DNA from: Ignavibacteriota bacterium
GTDB lineage: Bacteria > Bacteroidota > Ignavibacteria > UBA10030 > CAVZMI01
Reading direction: 5' to 3'
Assembly (NCBI GenBank): GCA_963776275.1
Contig: CAVZMI010000034.1
Span: 1-64,000 of the forward strand
Length of the DNA stretch: 64,000 bases
Shown here: piece after piece, positions 20,576 to 31,295 of the stretch
How positions within the stretch are numbered: position 1 is the stretch's first letter
How the letters are laid out: every line of letters begins with the position of its first letter
Position numbers and translations under genes: made by a program
Notes under the pieces: model-generated
Told to the model about the DNA's origin: nothing
Database searches by the model: none
The model's input: the letters and a program-made list of their open reading frames with translations, nothing else

Positions 20576-22990
20576 TCACAAATTCCGTAAAATATTTTCT
20601 AACTCGGCTTCGGTTTCGACAAGTACTTCACGTGCTTTACTGCCATCGAATGCCCCGACAATTCCGGCTGCTTCAAGTTCATCAACCAGCCGTGCGGCTC
20701 TCGAGTATCCGACTTTCAGCCGCCGCTGAAGAAGCGAAACCGAACCCTGTTGGTGACGTACGATCAGTCGGGCAGCTTCCTCAAATAATTCATCGCGCTC
20801 GTAGGCATCAGAGACCCCACCCACTCCATTCCTCTTCCGATCATAGAATGAAGGCAGCTCATACGGACGGCTGTACCCTTTCTGTTTTCCGATATGATCC
20901 ACGATCCGCTCTACTTCATCGGTAGAGATAAATGCATTTTGTATGCGGACCGGTTTCGGACTCCCGGCAGGCAAATAAAGCATGTCTCCATTTCCCAGAA
21001 GCTGCTCGGCGCCATTCATATCGAGAATAGTGCGCGAATCGACCTTTGACGAAACCTGGTATGCAATGCGCGCCGAAAAATTCGCTTTAATTACTCCGGT
21101 AATAACATCGACAGAGGGACGTTGTGTTGCAAGAACAAGATGGATACCCACAGCACGCGCAAGCTGGGCAAGCCGGGCAATTGGTTCCTCCACTTCTTTT
21201 GCTGCAGTCAACATCAAATCGGCCAGCTCATCGATTACAACAATCAGATACGGTATCTTCCGCGGTCTTACTCCTTCATGCACCTTCATTTTACCTGACT
21301 GTACTTTCTCATTATAATCGGCAATATTCCTCACACCCGCTTTTGCAAGCATATCATACCGCCGTTCCATTTCGATTTCACATCCTTTGAGGACATTGAC
21401 GGCATTCATTGATGTGGTTACAATTTCTTCATCAATGTCGGGCGATACCGCAAGGAAATGCTTGTTTAATTTTTTATATAGTGAGAGCTCGATCTTCTTC
21501 GGATCGATGATGATGAATTTTATATCGGAAGGATGCAGCTTGAAAAGCAGGCTTGTGAGGATCGTATTGATTCCGACACTCTTTCCCGAACCGGTCGCAC
21601 CGGCGATCAACAGATGCGGCATTCTTGTCAGATCGTCCACAAACACTTCGCCTGAAATCGTTTTTCCGATTGCGAGCGGGAGCGACGCTTTCGTATCCCG
21701 GAATTTTGTCGAGTTAATAATGCTCCGGATGCGAACGAGCGACGGATTCTGATTCGGAATTTCAACACCGACGGCTCCTTTTCCCGGAATCGGTGCAATT
21801 ATACGAATTCCTTTTGCCTGCAATGCAAGGGCAAGGTCATCCGCAAGGCTGACGATCCGGCTGATTTTTACTCCCGCCGCAGGCACGAGTTCGTAAAGTG
21901 TGACAACCGGACCGGGCGTTACGCTGACTGTATCGATCTCAACGTCAAAATCGGCAAGCTTTGCACGCAGGAGCTCGGCGTTCGCCTTCAGCTCTTCATC
22001 GTTGACTTCTTCTGACTGTCGTGATATCTCAAGAAGTTCAACTGAGGGCGGAACGTAATCAATTTCTTCATCACTGATATCCACTTGTTCAGATATTCCG
22101 GCGGGACGGTCGTCAAAATCGATCTCCGTTTCTCTGGTAGTAGGTTTGATATTAAGGTGCAGCTCACGCTCGGTTTTTTGCGGATGAGGCTCCATGGATT
22201 CACGTTGAATTTGTACCTCACGAACCGGAAGGATCGTCTCAGGGGATATCTCTTCCTCTTCTATAGGTTCTTCGGTTCTGTTAATCTGTGGTTCTTCAAG
22301 CGATTTTTTCCCTTTAAATTTAAGGAGACCGAAAATTCCTTTGATACCGTGTACGCTCGCCGTGAGGTCGACATTAAATGCCAACACTGTGGCAAAGAAT
22401 AGAAGTCCGAAAAGAATGATTGAGCCCCCGACACTTCCGACGATATTCTTGAGCACTTCTGCTCCGTACGTCCCGATAACACCGCTCCATTCGCTGCTGA
22501 CGGTGACCCGGTACAATCCGGCAATGTAACGAATCATTCCGAGAGAACAAGAGACAAGCAGGGTCAGAAGGATTGCATAATTGGTGGCACGGAGAAGTTT
22601 TTTGGTTTCCTTCCTTGCTAGAAGAAATAATCCCCATGCAAAAAGGATGAACGGGAGAATTAGAATCGGATATCCGACGGTATCATTAATGAGGATGTTC
22701 GATATTGCCGCTCCGAACAGGCTGAGCCAGTTATGCGTACTGCTTACTTTACGGGCAAGATCGGGGTCGTGACTGAATACACGAAAGAAATCGGATAATT
22801 TTATCTCACCGTTTGCCTGATCGGCCGATGTGTAGCTGACAAGACTCAATAACAGCAGTAACGCAACCAGCATCAAGCCTATAGCGAGAAACTGACGTTT
22901 CCGTTCGGGCGATTTCAACTTTTTCCCCTGTTTCCTGCCGTTTACACTTTCCGTCGAGCTATTTCGTGCGGCTCCATTCATTGCGATCAT
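20576..22990 (-). CDS. ftsK: DNA translocase FtsK
   Basis: N-terminal TMs, AGATGSGKS, DELADLM, gamma domain LQRRLKVGYSRAARL. Confidence 0.96.
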   Translation of the reverse strand: MIAMNGAARNSSTESVNGRKQGKKLKSPERKRQFLAIGLMLVALLLLLSLVSYTSADQANGEIKLSDFFRVFSHDPDLARKVSSTHNWLSLFGAAISNILINDTVGYPILILPFILFAWGLFLLARKETKKLLRATNYAILLTLLVSCSLGMIRYIAGLYRVTVSSEWSGVIGTYGAEVLKNIVGSVGGSIILFGLLFFATVLAFNVDLTASVHGIKGIFGLLKFKGKKSLEEPQINRTEEPIEEEEISPETILPVREVQIQRESMEPHPQKTERELHLNIKPTTRETEIDFDDRPAGISEQVDISDEEIDYVPPSVELLEISRQSEEVNDEELKANAELLRAKLADFDVEIDTVSVTPGPVVTLYELVPAAGVKISRIVSLADDLALALQAKGIRIIAPIPGKGAVGVEIPNQNPSLVRIRSIINSTKFRDTKASLPLAIGKTISGEVFVDDLTRMPHLLIAGATGSGKSVGINTILTSLLFKLHPSDIKFIIIDPKKIELSLYKKLNKHFLAVSPDIDEEIVTTSMNAVNVLKGCEIEMERRYDMLAKAGVRNIADYNEKVQSGKMKVHEGVRPRKIPYLIVVIDELADLMLTAAKEVEEPIARLAQLARAVGIHLVLATQRPSVDVITGVIKANFSARIAYQVSSKVDSRTILDMNGAEQLLGNGDMLYLPAGSPKPVRIQNAFISTDEVERIVDHIGKQKGYSRPYELPSFYDRKRNGVGGVSDAYERDELFEEAARLIVRHQQGSVSLLQRRLKVGYSRAARLVDELEAAGIVGAFDGSKAREVLVETEAELENILRNL

Positions 22991-23757
22991 GACCCGGCTT
23001 TTTCATTAGGCGACGCTTCCTTTTTTTCTATCTCTTTCCTGAGCCTTATAACGTTTCCCGATAGTATTGGCAGCACGGCGCAGGTATCGATGCCGGCACA
23101 GATTTTCAGATCATCACCGAATCCTATTTCTGACAGGTACTGACCATGTTCGGACTTCTTGATCATATTCAAAATATTTTTTTCGTAATTTTTGTGGAGC
23201 GTCAGCGATGCCAGAGCGGCATCGGAAAGCGATATGTCATCGGCATTTGCTTCACTGAGTTTCTGAATAATCATCCCCGTACAGACCGCGTCTTCAATAC
23301 AGAACGCCCCCTGTTTTCCGGCACAAATAATCGAGAAATCCGAATTGATCTCGCGGATGAATTCTACTACCTTACTCACATTGATGAAACATCCGATAAC
23401 AAGATTTTTTGCATACCGGCTTTTGACCATCGCCTGTGAGCCGTTTGTTGTACTGAAGATAATCGATTTGTTTTTAACGACTTCTTCCGTGTATTCCCGA
23501 GGAGAATTGCTCAGGTTAAATCCTTCAATAAGCTTTCCATTCCGCTCACCACCGAGGAGAATCACATCCCCGAACAGATTCCCGGATATTTTTACGGCGG
23601 ATTCTACACTGCTGACAGGAATAATCTCCTTAGCGCCGTTTGCGAGCGCCGTAACAATAGTTGTGCTTGCCCGCAACACATCAACGATCACGACATTTTT
23701 ATCGCGGAGTTGAAGCTCATCGATCGCATCGGGTGTAAAGAATACGTCTATTCTCAT
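22987..23757 (-). CDS. comB: 2-phosphosulfolactate phosphatase family protein
   Basis: VDVLRASTTI, GGER.G, NSP, STTNGS, EDAVC. Confidence 0.9.
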   Translation of the reverse strand: MRIDVFFTPDAIDELQLRDKNVVIVDVLRASTTIVTALANGAKEIIPVSSVESAVKISGNLFGDVILLGGERNGKLIEGFNLSNSPREYTEEVVKNKSIIFSTTNGSQAMVKSRYAKNLVIGCFINVSKVVEFIREINSDFSIICAGKQGAFCIEDAVCTGMIIQKLSEANADDISLSDAALASLTLHKNYEKNILNMIKKSEHGQYLSEIGFGDDLKICAGIDTCAVLPILSGNVIRLRKEIEKKEASPNEKAGS

Positions 23758-23771
23758 TCGGGTTTCACCGA

Positions 23772-24854
23772 TTAATTTTTCACAAAAGGTAATTTAACAA
23801 TTACTGCACGCACCGGTTTCGAGCGAATCACGACATCAATTGTTGAATTAACAGCATGATACCCATTCCGGACATACCCCAAACCGATACCCTGTTCAAG
23901 TGTCGGTGAAAATGTTCCGCTTGTTACATTCCCGACAGGCTTTACCTGACTCTGGATTTCATAGCCCTGCCGGGGAAATGCTTTATCATTAACTTTAAAT
24001 CCAACGAGGTGCCGTTTGATTCCTTCCTTCTTGACCCTCAGGATGGCATTGCGTCCGACAAAATCTTCTTTCTCGAGTTTTGTAATCCATCCGAGGCCTG
24101 CTTCGAGCGGATTTGTTGTATGGTCGATGTCATGCCCGTACAGGCAGAATCCCATTTCAAGGCGGAGCGTATCACGTGCCCCGAGGCCGACGGGAGCAAT
24201 ACCGAATTCTTTTCCTGCGTCGAAGACGGCATTCCACACTTTTTCACCTGTCGTAACATCGGAATTAAAATACAACTCGTAACCTAATTCTCCGGTGTAT
24301 CCCGTTCGCGATATAATCATTTCAACTCCGGCGAGGACGCCGCGGCAAGAATGATAATATTGCATTTCTGCAAGATCAACCTTTGTAAGTCTCTGCAACA
24401 ACGCCCGCGATTGCGGACCCTGAACAGCGAGAAGTGAAATCTCGTCGCTCACATCCCTGACTGTCACATTACTGTCAGCATGCTGTTTCAACCACTCGAA
24501 ATCTTTATCTTTATTCGATGCATTCACAACGAGCATGTAATACTCACCCATGTGATACACAAGCAGGTCATCAATAATACCTCCGTCCGGATAACACATA
24601 GCCGAATATTGAACGCGCCCGGGCTGCATTTTCGAAGCATCGTTTACCGTCATTTTCTGTACAAACGCCAGAGCACCTTTACCGCGGATTTCAATCTCTC
24701 CCATATGGCTGACATCAAACACACCGACAGCCGAGCGGACTCTCCGGTGCTCTTCGATAATACCGGTATATTGCATGGGCATTTCATACCCGGCGAACTC
24801 AACCATTTTCCCACCAAGTTTAGCGTGAAGAGAATAGAACGATGTTCTTTTCAT
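23772..24854 (-). CDS. gcvT: Glycine cleavage system aminomethyltransferase T
   Basis: FDVSHMGE, SRTGYTGE, GLGARDTLRLEMG. Confidence 0.96.
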   Translation of the reverse strand: MKRTSFYSLHAKLGGKMVEFAGYEMPMQYTGIIEEHRRVRSAVGVFDVSHMGEIEIRGKGALAFVQKMTVNDASKMQPGRVQYSAMCYPDGGIIDDLLVYHMGEYYMLVVNASNKDKDFEWLKQHADSNVTVRDVSDEISLLAVQGPQSRALLQRLTKVDLAEMQYYHSCRGVLAGVEMIISRTGYTGELGYELYFNSDVTTGEKVWNAVFDAGKEFGIAPVGLGARDTLRLEMGFCLYGHDIDHTTNPLEAGLGWITKLEKEDFVGRNAILRVKKEGIKRHLVGFKVNDKAFPRQGYEIQSQVKPVGNVTSGTFSPTLEQGIGLGYVRNGYHAVNSTIDVVIRSKPVRAVIVKLPFVKN

Positions 24855-24902
24855 GATTATCGCAGCTTCCAGTATTACCTAAACTGATTTCTTCCATGTA
24901 TC

Positions 24903-26582
24903 TTACGCATTCATGTATTGATCGGTGACATCCTTGCCCTGTCTTTTCGATATAAAGTGAAATTCATCGATCGCAAGGGATTTATCACTGTCCAGTGATA
25001 TCGACACAAAGAATTTCATCATTATTTTTCTGATCCGGCTGAATGTTCCCGCCGTTAATGCTTCTGCAATGGAAGGATGAACTTTGAGTATCACCCGGAA
25101 TTCATGTGTCTCCGATTTGAACCGGCGAATCCATCGCTCAATCTGTCCGATGATCGTCGCTTTCGATTGCACCAGTCCGAGACCACCGCACGTTGGACAC
25201 GGTTCGGTAAAGCTATGGAGAACGCTCTGGCGGATTCGCTGGCGGGTAATCTGGACGAGTCCGAACTCCGTCATCGGCAGGACGGTCACTTTTGCCCGAT
25301 CGTGCCGGAACTCTTTTCGGAGCTCATCATAGACCTTCTTTTTATTCCTATCGTCTTCAAGATCGATGAAATCGATGACGATGATCCCGCCCATATCGCG
25401 TACCCGGAGCTGGCGTACGATCTCGCGTGCCGCTTCCAGGTTTGTACGGAGGGAATTAAGTTCCTGTTCACGTTTAGCAGCGTACCGGCCGCTGTTCACA
25501 TCGATCACAACCATGGCTTCAGTCGGTTCAATGATGACGTATCCACCGCTTTTAAGCCAGACCTTCCTGCTCAGGGCCGTCGCAATTTCTTTTTCCACTC
25601 CATATTTGTCGAATATCGGCTCGCGTTCTTTATAAAGATCGATTTTATCGAGCAGACTTGGAGATGTCCATTTGACGTAGGCCCGGATTTCCCGGAAAAG
25701 TTTTTTACTATCGACGACAATATGCTCCACCTCATTCGAGAACAAATCCCGAATGACGCTGGATGTCGTTGTCATGTCTTTGTAAAGAAGAGCCGGCGGC
25801 CGTTCTTGCTTTACGGTTTTTTCGATTTCGTGCCATGTATTGATAAGGTTTTCAAGGTCGTTCTTGATGTCCTGCTCTTCTTTTCCCTCGGCGACGGTCC
25901 GGATGATCGCTCCGAATCCATCGGGAAGGATACTGCGAACGATACGCCGCAGGCGGCGTTTCTCACGGAAATTTACCAGCTTCTTCGAAACCCCAATTTT
26001 CCCGTCGAATGGCAATAACACAAGGAACCGACCCGCGAGAGAAACCTCGGTCGTTACACGTACTCCTTTTTTCCCGACCGGTTCTTTGGTCACTTGAACA
26101 ATGATATCGTGGCCTTTCTGGAGATGGAGCTCAGGGTGTTCTAATTTCTCCCGACCACGTGATCGGCGTTCAGGGACATGGTCTTGCTGAGGGTATTGTG
26201 GAGGCGCAACAAGTTCTTTTTGGTTTTCCCCCGCTTCATGAGTCATCCCGTCGCGTATTTCGTTTACCGGGAGTACCTCAGCTTCATCTTCGTCGTTATC
26301 TTCCTCAGTATCATCGATATCCTCGTCCCCAATCATTGCAGAGTAATCACCGAGAGAGCGACCGATGTCAGAAAAGTGTAAGAACCCATCCTGTTTCATC
26401 CCTATGTCGATAAACGCAGCCTTGATGCCGGGCATAACGCGCGCCACGCTGCCCAGATAAATATCACCGACCATGCGTTCCTTCTCCGGTGTCTCTACAA
26501 AGAGTTCTGCCAAGCGACCATCTTCCGTTATGGCAATTCGTATCTCGTTTGCCGTCGAGTTGATGATGATCTCTTTACGCAT
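24903..26582 (-). CDS. rng: Rne/Rng family ribonuclease
   Basis: S1 domain, IDVNSG, GGIIVIDFID, CPTCGG. Confidence 0.92.
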   Translation of the reverse strand: MRKEIIINSTANEIRIAITEDGRLAELFVETPEKERMVGDIYLGSVARVMPGIKAAFIDIGMKQDGFLHFSDIGRSLGDYSAMIGDEDIDDTEEDNDEDEAEVLPVNEIRDGMTHEAGENQKELVAPPQYPQQDHVPERRSRGREKLEHPELHLQKGHDIIVQVTKEPVGKKGVRVTTEVSLAGRFLVLLPFDGKIGVSKKLVNFREKRRLRRIVRSILPDGFGAIIRTVAEGKEEQDIKNDLENLINTWHEIEKTVKQERPPALLYKDMTTTSSVIRDLFSNEVEHIVVDSKKLFREIRAYVKWTSPSLLDKIDLYKEREPIFDKYGVEKEIATALSRKVWLKSGGYVIIEPTEAMVVIDVNSGRYAAKREQELNSLRTNLEAAREIVRQLRVRDMGGIIVIDFIDLEDDRNKKKVYDELRKEFRHDRAKVTVLPMTEFGLVQITRQRIRQSVLHSFTEPCPTCGGLGLVQSKATIIGQIERWIRRFKSETHEFRVILKVHPSIAEALTAGTFSRIRKIMMKFFVSISLDSDKSLAIDEFHFISKRQGKDVTDQYMNA

Positions 26583-26718
26583 ACAATATTATTCAGAATT
26601 GAATGTGTTCTCTGAATCTCCTCATTTAATGGTTGAACATATTTATTTGACAATAAATTTAAGGAAAAAAAGGGTGGAATGCAATCTCTATCAGCGACAT
26701 AGTCTCATCGACACCCAT

Positions 26719-26753
26719 AAAAAGAAAACAGCCTTCCTGGAGCCAGGAGGCTG
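26719..26753 (-). terminator. Intrinsic terminator downstream of SRP RNA copy 1
   Basis: CAGCCTCCTGG-CT-CCAGGAAGGCTG followed by TTTTCTTTT on minus strand. Confidence 0.7.
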
Positions 26754-26779
26754 ATATATGAAGTGACTATATTAAAAGA

Positions 26780-26878
26780 GGTCAAGTTATCCTGCATCAC
26801 ACAGGCGCGTTTGCTGACCGTTGCTTCCTTCCGGAACCTGGCGGGATTGGGCAACGTCCCGTTGCGCAGGACTTGACC
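26780..26878 (-). ncRNA. ffs: Signal recognition particle (4.5S) RNA, copy 1
   Basis: GCCAGGT(T)CCGGAAGGAAGCAAC helix-8 motif inside a hairpin closed by GGTCAAG/CTTGACC. Confidence 0.85.
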
Positions 26879-27002
26879 AATAAGTTTTATGAAATAAATG
26901 TGTAGCAATGCCTAACCGAGTCCACGGCTGTCTCAATCTCGAACTATTCGGACTCAACGAGGGGTGAATGAATAGAAAAGTCATTTAGGTCTTTTTCTGA
27001 TA

Positions 27003-29567
27003 CTATTTTAAGAAAAGTAATTTTTTTGTTTGAACGTACGAGCCTGCTTTAAGTTGATAGAAATATATTCCACTGGCCAAGTTCCCTGCATTAAATATTA
27101 CTTCATGATACCCTGAAAACTGTCGCTCGTCCGTAAGTATCATTACTTCTCTACCCAATATGTCATAAACCTTTAAAGTAACTAATCCACTAGCGGGGAT
27201 TCTATAGCGTATTGTCGTAGAAGGATTAAAGGGATTAGGATAATTTTGATCGAGTCTGTAACTAAGATTCTCTATCTGTTTGAGTTCTTTAACCGGAGTC
27301 ATTTCATCGATATCGAGAATGTTATAATAAGCATCATAGCCTCTCCCAGGTTCGCGCACATCCGACCAGAGAATGAATACTTTTTTTCGGTTAAGTTCTA
27401 CGAGAGGGTCAAGCTTCAGAGAATTTCCATCGGAAGCAACTGTTAGTAGCCCCGAATAGGGAATTCCTTGACTGGTATAAGTCCTTGAATAGATCTGAGT
27501 CCCCTTTCGATAAACAATGAGGAAATAGTCTTTTGTGAGTTTCTTGCATAGTAATGTGTTTACTTCGCCTTCAATAGGGAACTTTTGTACCAAAGTATCA
27601 CCGTTCACAGAAAATATCATCCCATAATATTGACGTAGAGTATTGTAGTAATTGAGACCTTCGTATCCCAGACGTATGAATCTACCATCGCCCAAATACT
27701 CACTAAAATTTATATTCGAATATTCATTACTGAGAGATTTCAGAGATTTTGACATTAACCTCAGATGTTCTGAATATACAACCCAAAATGAGGTGTCATT
27801 CTCAGCAATAAGGCGATAAGAGTAGTTTGCATTGCTAAACGGAAGAACGATCTTTTCAATACCATCATCATTTTTTACATGCCACAAGAAATAATTATTG
27901 GCATTAATCCTGTACATCGCAATGAAGCTTGTGTCAGGGAGAATCAGGAAAGTACCATAGGAATAACCCGGTTTTGCATTCGCTTCCAAGGTGTCTGTTT
28001 TCTTGAGGGACCATGTTTCATTAAAAATTGAATATCCAATTACAGATGAGGAATCGTTGGTCTTTTTGATCCACATCCTTAGAGCCGAACCGTCAGGAAG
28101 GAATTGGAAATCGTCATCACCTTGAAGAATCTCCATGGGTCCATGAACCTGCCCATCATTACTCACTCTATGTCCGAAAATGTTTTTTTCATCCTTCCAT
28201 GTCATGAACATGGTGCTGTCATTTATTGTGATGATCCTCGATGCATTGTCATTGCTTGCAGGAGTATTATTGTTAACCTTCTTGTTCCAAACCAGAGAGA
28301 GGTTACGATATGCGTTAATATATATATCTCCATCTGAACACGATGGGGTTATTAACAAGGAATCTTGTGAATTGAAAAATAAATTTCCATAATCGAAAAT
28401 ACTGCTACTATCTTTGAAGGCATTACTAATTAAATCACCATTCGAATTGAAGGAAAAGAGCATACTTCCTGTTTTTCCCTGCGATGATGAGCCCTCCACA
28501 GTTCTAATCGACGCCCCAATATAAAACCTATTATTCACCATAGATGTTATATTGAAGTTCTCTAAGGAGGCATAAATCCCAGGCAAAGCGCCATTGTCAG
28601 AATAAAGGCGCACCTCTCTCGTATCGCCGACCGTATTTCCGAACCTATTGACTTTCCAATAATATACTATGAGTGAATCTCTATTTAAGGCAAATACTTC
28701 GTAAAGAGAGTCGGAGACTGAAAGAACCTTTAATGTCCACCGGTACCACGAATTCGGATCACCAAGAAATTCACCAGATTTCAAGAGAATGTTCTCTGCT
28801 ATTATAGAATCGTTTCTATCGAAAAAAGTTCCCCTCATCCCGAAAAATGAAGTACTCTCTGGAAGAGCATATGGAACGTTAACCCAGACCACACCAAGAT
28901 CTTCCATTGAATTGAAACATGTTGATATGGTGGAAGGTCGAATTGAGTCTTCACTCGAAAATTCACGAGAATTGTTCCAATTCCATAACGTTTCGTGGTT
29001 CCAATTGTGCTTGGATAATGAAAGCAAGCCGTCGTCATTAAACGCAATAAGGTAACCATTCGAGAATCTCTTCATATCGTGATAAATGCCGACATATCCC
29101 GTGCCGCACCAAGGAAGAATCGCGGAAGCAAATTCAATAGGCTCTGACCAGGTCCCGTCAGTCCGACAAAATCTTCCTTTCATGTAATAATATGTATATT
29201 CAAGCTGGTCATTTCCCCAGGTTACATACTCCTCACCTAATGCAAGAAACGAATTATCGGGAGAAAAGATGATATCATTGGAATAAATGGGGAAATTCTC
29301 TCCGATAGGATTCCCGACGGAGTCGAAAAGCTGTGCAAAAAACTGAGCTGGTCCATTCCGGTAATCTTGCCAAATTACTAAAAAAGTGTGACTGCCATCA
29401 GCATAAAGTATAGGGTAACTTTGTTGGAATTTACAGGAGGTATCTTCTTGGCTTAATAAAAAATCGTGCCCCGTAGGGCGTGCATGACTAATGGATAATG
29501 CGATAACCAGAAGAAATAAGACATTAATCAACTTCTGTCTGAAAAGCATTTTATATCCTTCAAACAA
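27003..29567 (-). CDS. Large secreted protein with T9SS type A C-terminal domain
   Basis: Signal peptide; VIWQDYRNG / ILWSDVRE repeats; LDQNYPNPFNPSTTI...GIYFYQL...KKLLFLK; visibly AT-richer than flanks. Confidence 0.85.
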   Translation of the reverse strand: MFEGYKMLFRQKLINVLFLLVIALSISHARPTGHDFLLSQEDTSCKFQQSYPILYADGSHTFLVIWQDYRNGPAQFFAQLFDSVGNPIGENFPIYSNDIIFSPDNSFLALGEEYVTWGNDQLEYTYYYMKGRFCRTDGTWSEPIEFASAILPWCGTGYVGIYHDMKRFSNGYLIAFNDDGLLSLSKHNWNHETLWNWNNSREFSSEDSIRPSTISTCFNSMEDLGVVWVNVPYALPESTSFFGMRGTFFDRNDSIIAENILLKSGEFLGDPNSWYRWTLKVLSVSDSLYEVFALNRDSLIVYYWKVNRFGNTVGDTREVRLYSDNGALPGIYASLENFNITSMVNNRFYIGASIRTVEGSSSQGKTGSMLFSFNSNGDLISNAFKDSSSIFDYGNLFFNSQDSLLITPSCSDGDIYINAYRNLSLVWNKKVNNNTPASNDNASRIITINDSTMFMTWKDEKNIFGHRVSNDGQVHGPMEILQGDDDFQFLPDGSALRMWIKKTNDSSSVIGYSIFNETWSLKKTDTLEANAKPGYSYGTFLILPDTSFIAMYRINANNYFLWHVKNDDGIEKIVLPFSNANYSYRLIAENDTSFWVVYSEHLRLMSKSLKSLSNEYSNINFSEYLGDGRFIRLGYEGLNYYNTLRQYYGMIFSVNGDTLVQKFPIEGEVNTLLCKKLTKDYFLIVYRKGTQIYSRTYTSQGIPYSGLLTVASDGNSLKLDPLVELNRKKVFILWSDVREPGRGYDAYYNILDIDEMTPVKELKQIENLSYRLDQNYPNPFNPSTTIRYRIPASGLVTLKVYDILGREVMILTDERQFSGYHEVIFNAGNLASGIYFYQLKAGSYVQTKKLLFLK

Positions 29568-29681
29568 TCAGAGACAACAAATCGTGCACTTTCCTCTTTG
29601 CGACGACTATGTGGAGGAGTTCAAACGTGCCGCGTTATGGATATAAAAACCAATTTACCGGAATAGAAGATCATAAAAAAA

Positions 29682-29784
29682 GAGGTCAAGCGACCCTGCA
29701 TCACACAGGCGCGTTTGCCGACCGTTGCTTCCTTCCTGGACCTGGCGGGATTGGGCAACGTCCCGTTGCGCAGGACTTGACCTC
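29682..29784 (-). ncRNA. ffs: Signal recognition particle (4.5S) RNA, copy 2
   Basis: GCCAGGTCC(A)GGAAGGAAGCAAC; closed by GAGGTCAAG/CTTGACCTC then T run; 7 nt downstream of tRNA-Ala. Confidence 0.85.
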
Positions 29785-29791
29785 ATTGAAG

Positions 29792-29857
<66 letters not shown>

Positions 29858-29864
<7 letters not shown>

Positions 29865-30029
29865 CCGTTCTTGGGGGCAGTCCCACGTTTCGTGTGGGGC
29901 AGCCCCGTTCTTGGGCAGTCCCACGTTTCGTGTGGGGCAGCCCCCCGTTCTTGGGTAGTCCCACGCTCCGTGTGGGGCAGCCCCCCGTTCTCGGGCAGTC
30001 CCACGTTCCTCGTGGGGCAGCCCCCCGTT
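29858..30029. repeat. Four ~40-bp tandem hairpin repeats plus a partial unit, overlapping the tRNA 5' end
   Basis: Unit cagccccccgttcttgggcagtcccacgtttcgtgtgggg at 29858, 29900, 29938, 29978; partial at 30018. Confidence 0.9.
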
Positions 30030-30039
30030 TTCATAATCC

Positions 30040-30068
30040 AATATAATTAAAATTTGCAGTCGAGTCAA
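30040..30068 (-). promoter_or_regulatory. Sigma70-type promoter for tRNA-Ala/ffs
   Basis: TTGACT-17 nt-TATATT upstream of the repeat array. Confidence 0.65.
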
Positions 30069-30163
30069 CCAGCGATTCCGGGGTTAAAATCCGGACAAAA
30101 TTTTGGGGATTCTATTATCACTCCGGCATGAATGCCTGAGCTATATTTTAGATCGAATTCTCC

Positions 30164-30192
30164 TTGCATTTTTTCGGCCACTTTTATACGTT
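30164..30192 (+). promoter_or_regulatory. Candidate Pc-like promoter for the cassette array
   Basis: TTGCAT-17 nt-TACGTT pointing into the cassettes. Confidence 0.45.
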
Positions 30193-30337
30193 AGGTTAAA
30201 TATATCTTATTGAATCTGGCTGATGATAGCCAAAGTAAATAACAACGCAATCCCGACTTCCGTCGGGACAGGTGGCGTTGTTATGCAAGTTAGGCGCCAC
30301 GTAGTCAAGTTAATATATGCAGGAGTTTACAACCATC

Positions 30338-31034
30338 ATGAAGCATTCATGGACATATCTAGTTCTAATCATAATTCTGCTATCATGCAGCAAGAAGACA
30401 GAAACTCATGTATTACCGCTTCAACTTGACACAAGTAGATTTGAGAAGACACCTGATGGCCATCTCACCCTAAGTAGCGCCCTAGTAGTGGCAGCAATAC
30501 GGTACAAACTAATCAGAGAATCAACCAAAGATGTACGCTCACAACTTTTGAATGACAATGGATTGAAGATTCACAATACCACCGGCACACTATTCACAAC
30601 ACCAAAGCATCCATTCAGTCGACTCCCGGGCTTTACAAGCTTTTCTCTGAGCGATCGTCGGTGCCTACCTAGCCTTCAGCGTCGACTTCATGAGGGACAC
30701 TTGTATCAGCGTTTTTTTCTTCGACTCAACCAGCAATTTACGGCAGGTCGACGCATGTGTGAATCTCATTTCGTCTGTTCTCGGTCCGTATGACGTACAT
30801 CGACACTACGATACTCTACGCACAGTTCTGAACCATTATGCAAAGAATCTTGACCAATTTACTTGGTTGGGGAAGGAATATATTACATATGTGCGGCACG
30901 CACCGGCTGAATCTACCGATTTCCCGACCAATTCAGGATTCCACTATTTCTATGTTGTCAATATGACTGACACAAGCAAATACGCACCCGTTTCACAAGC
31001 CTTAGGAGTAGGTCAAGAAGGACGGGGCTATTGA
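30338..31034 (+). CDS. Cassette 1: lipoprotein, frameshift near 30650
   Basis: MKHSWTYLVLIIILLSC lipobox; continues in the 30690..31034 frame. Confidence 0.55.
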
Positions 31035-31101
31035 TTTGCCGTCTGACCATCGGCTTAACATCGCTAAATGAGCGTTGTTAATGTACCATTAACTGCGCGG
31101 C

Positions 31102-31261
31102 GCCTAACAAGCATGGTTACGACGTTCACTTATTTGCTAAGCTAAATAAAAGCGGTATAATTATATTATTGCGTTCACTCAATACCACACCGGAGCGAGT
31201 ATTAAATTGGTAATCTGCAAATTACCGGTGTGGTACTGCGTAACCACGTGGTAAGTTATGT
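31102..31261 (+). repeat. attC site
   Basis: GCCTAAC...TGGTTACG / CGTAACCA...GTTATGT, with internal hairpin TACCACACCGG/CCGGTGTGGTA. Confidence 0.8.
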
Positions 31262-31295
31262 GAAATTCCGAACCCAAATATAGCGAGGTATACAC

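Noticed and set aside
22987-23757. comB as evidence of coenzyme M synthesis
   Set aside because: Stand-alone ComB homologs are common in this phylum, and no comA or other pathway genes are present here.
24855-24902. Glycine riboswitch upstream of gcvT
   Set aside because: Only 48 nt of intergenic space.
25077-26018. 313-aa plus-strand ORF
   Set aside because: Antisense shadow of the RNase E/G gene with no recognisable motifs.
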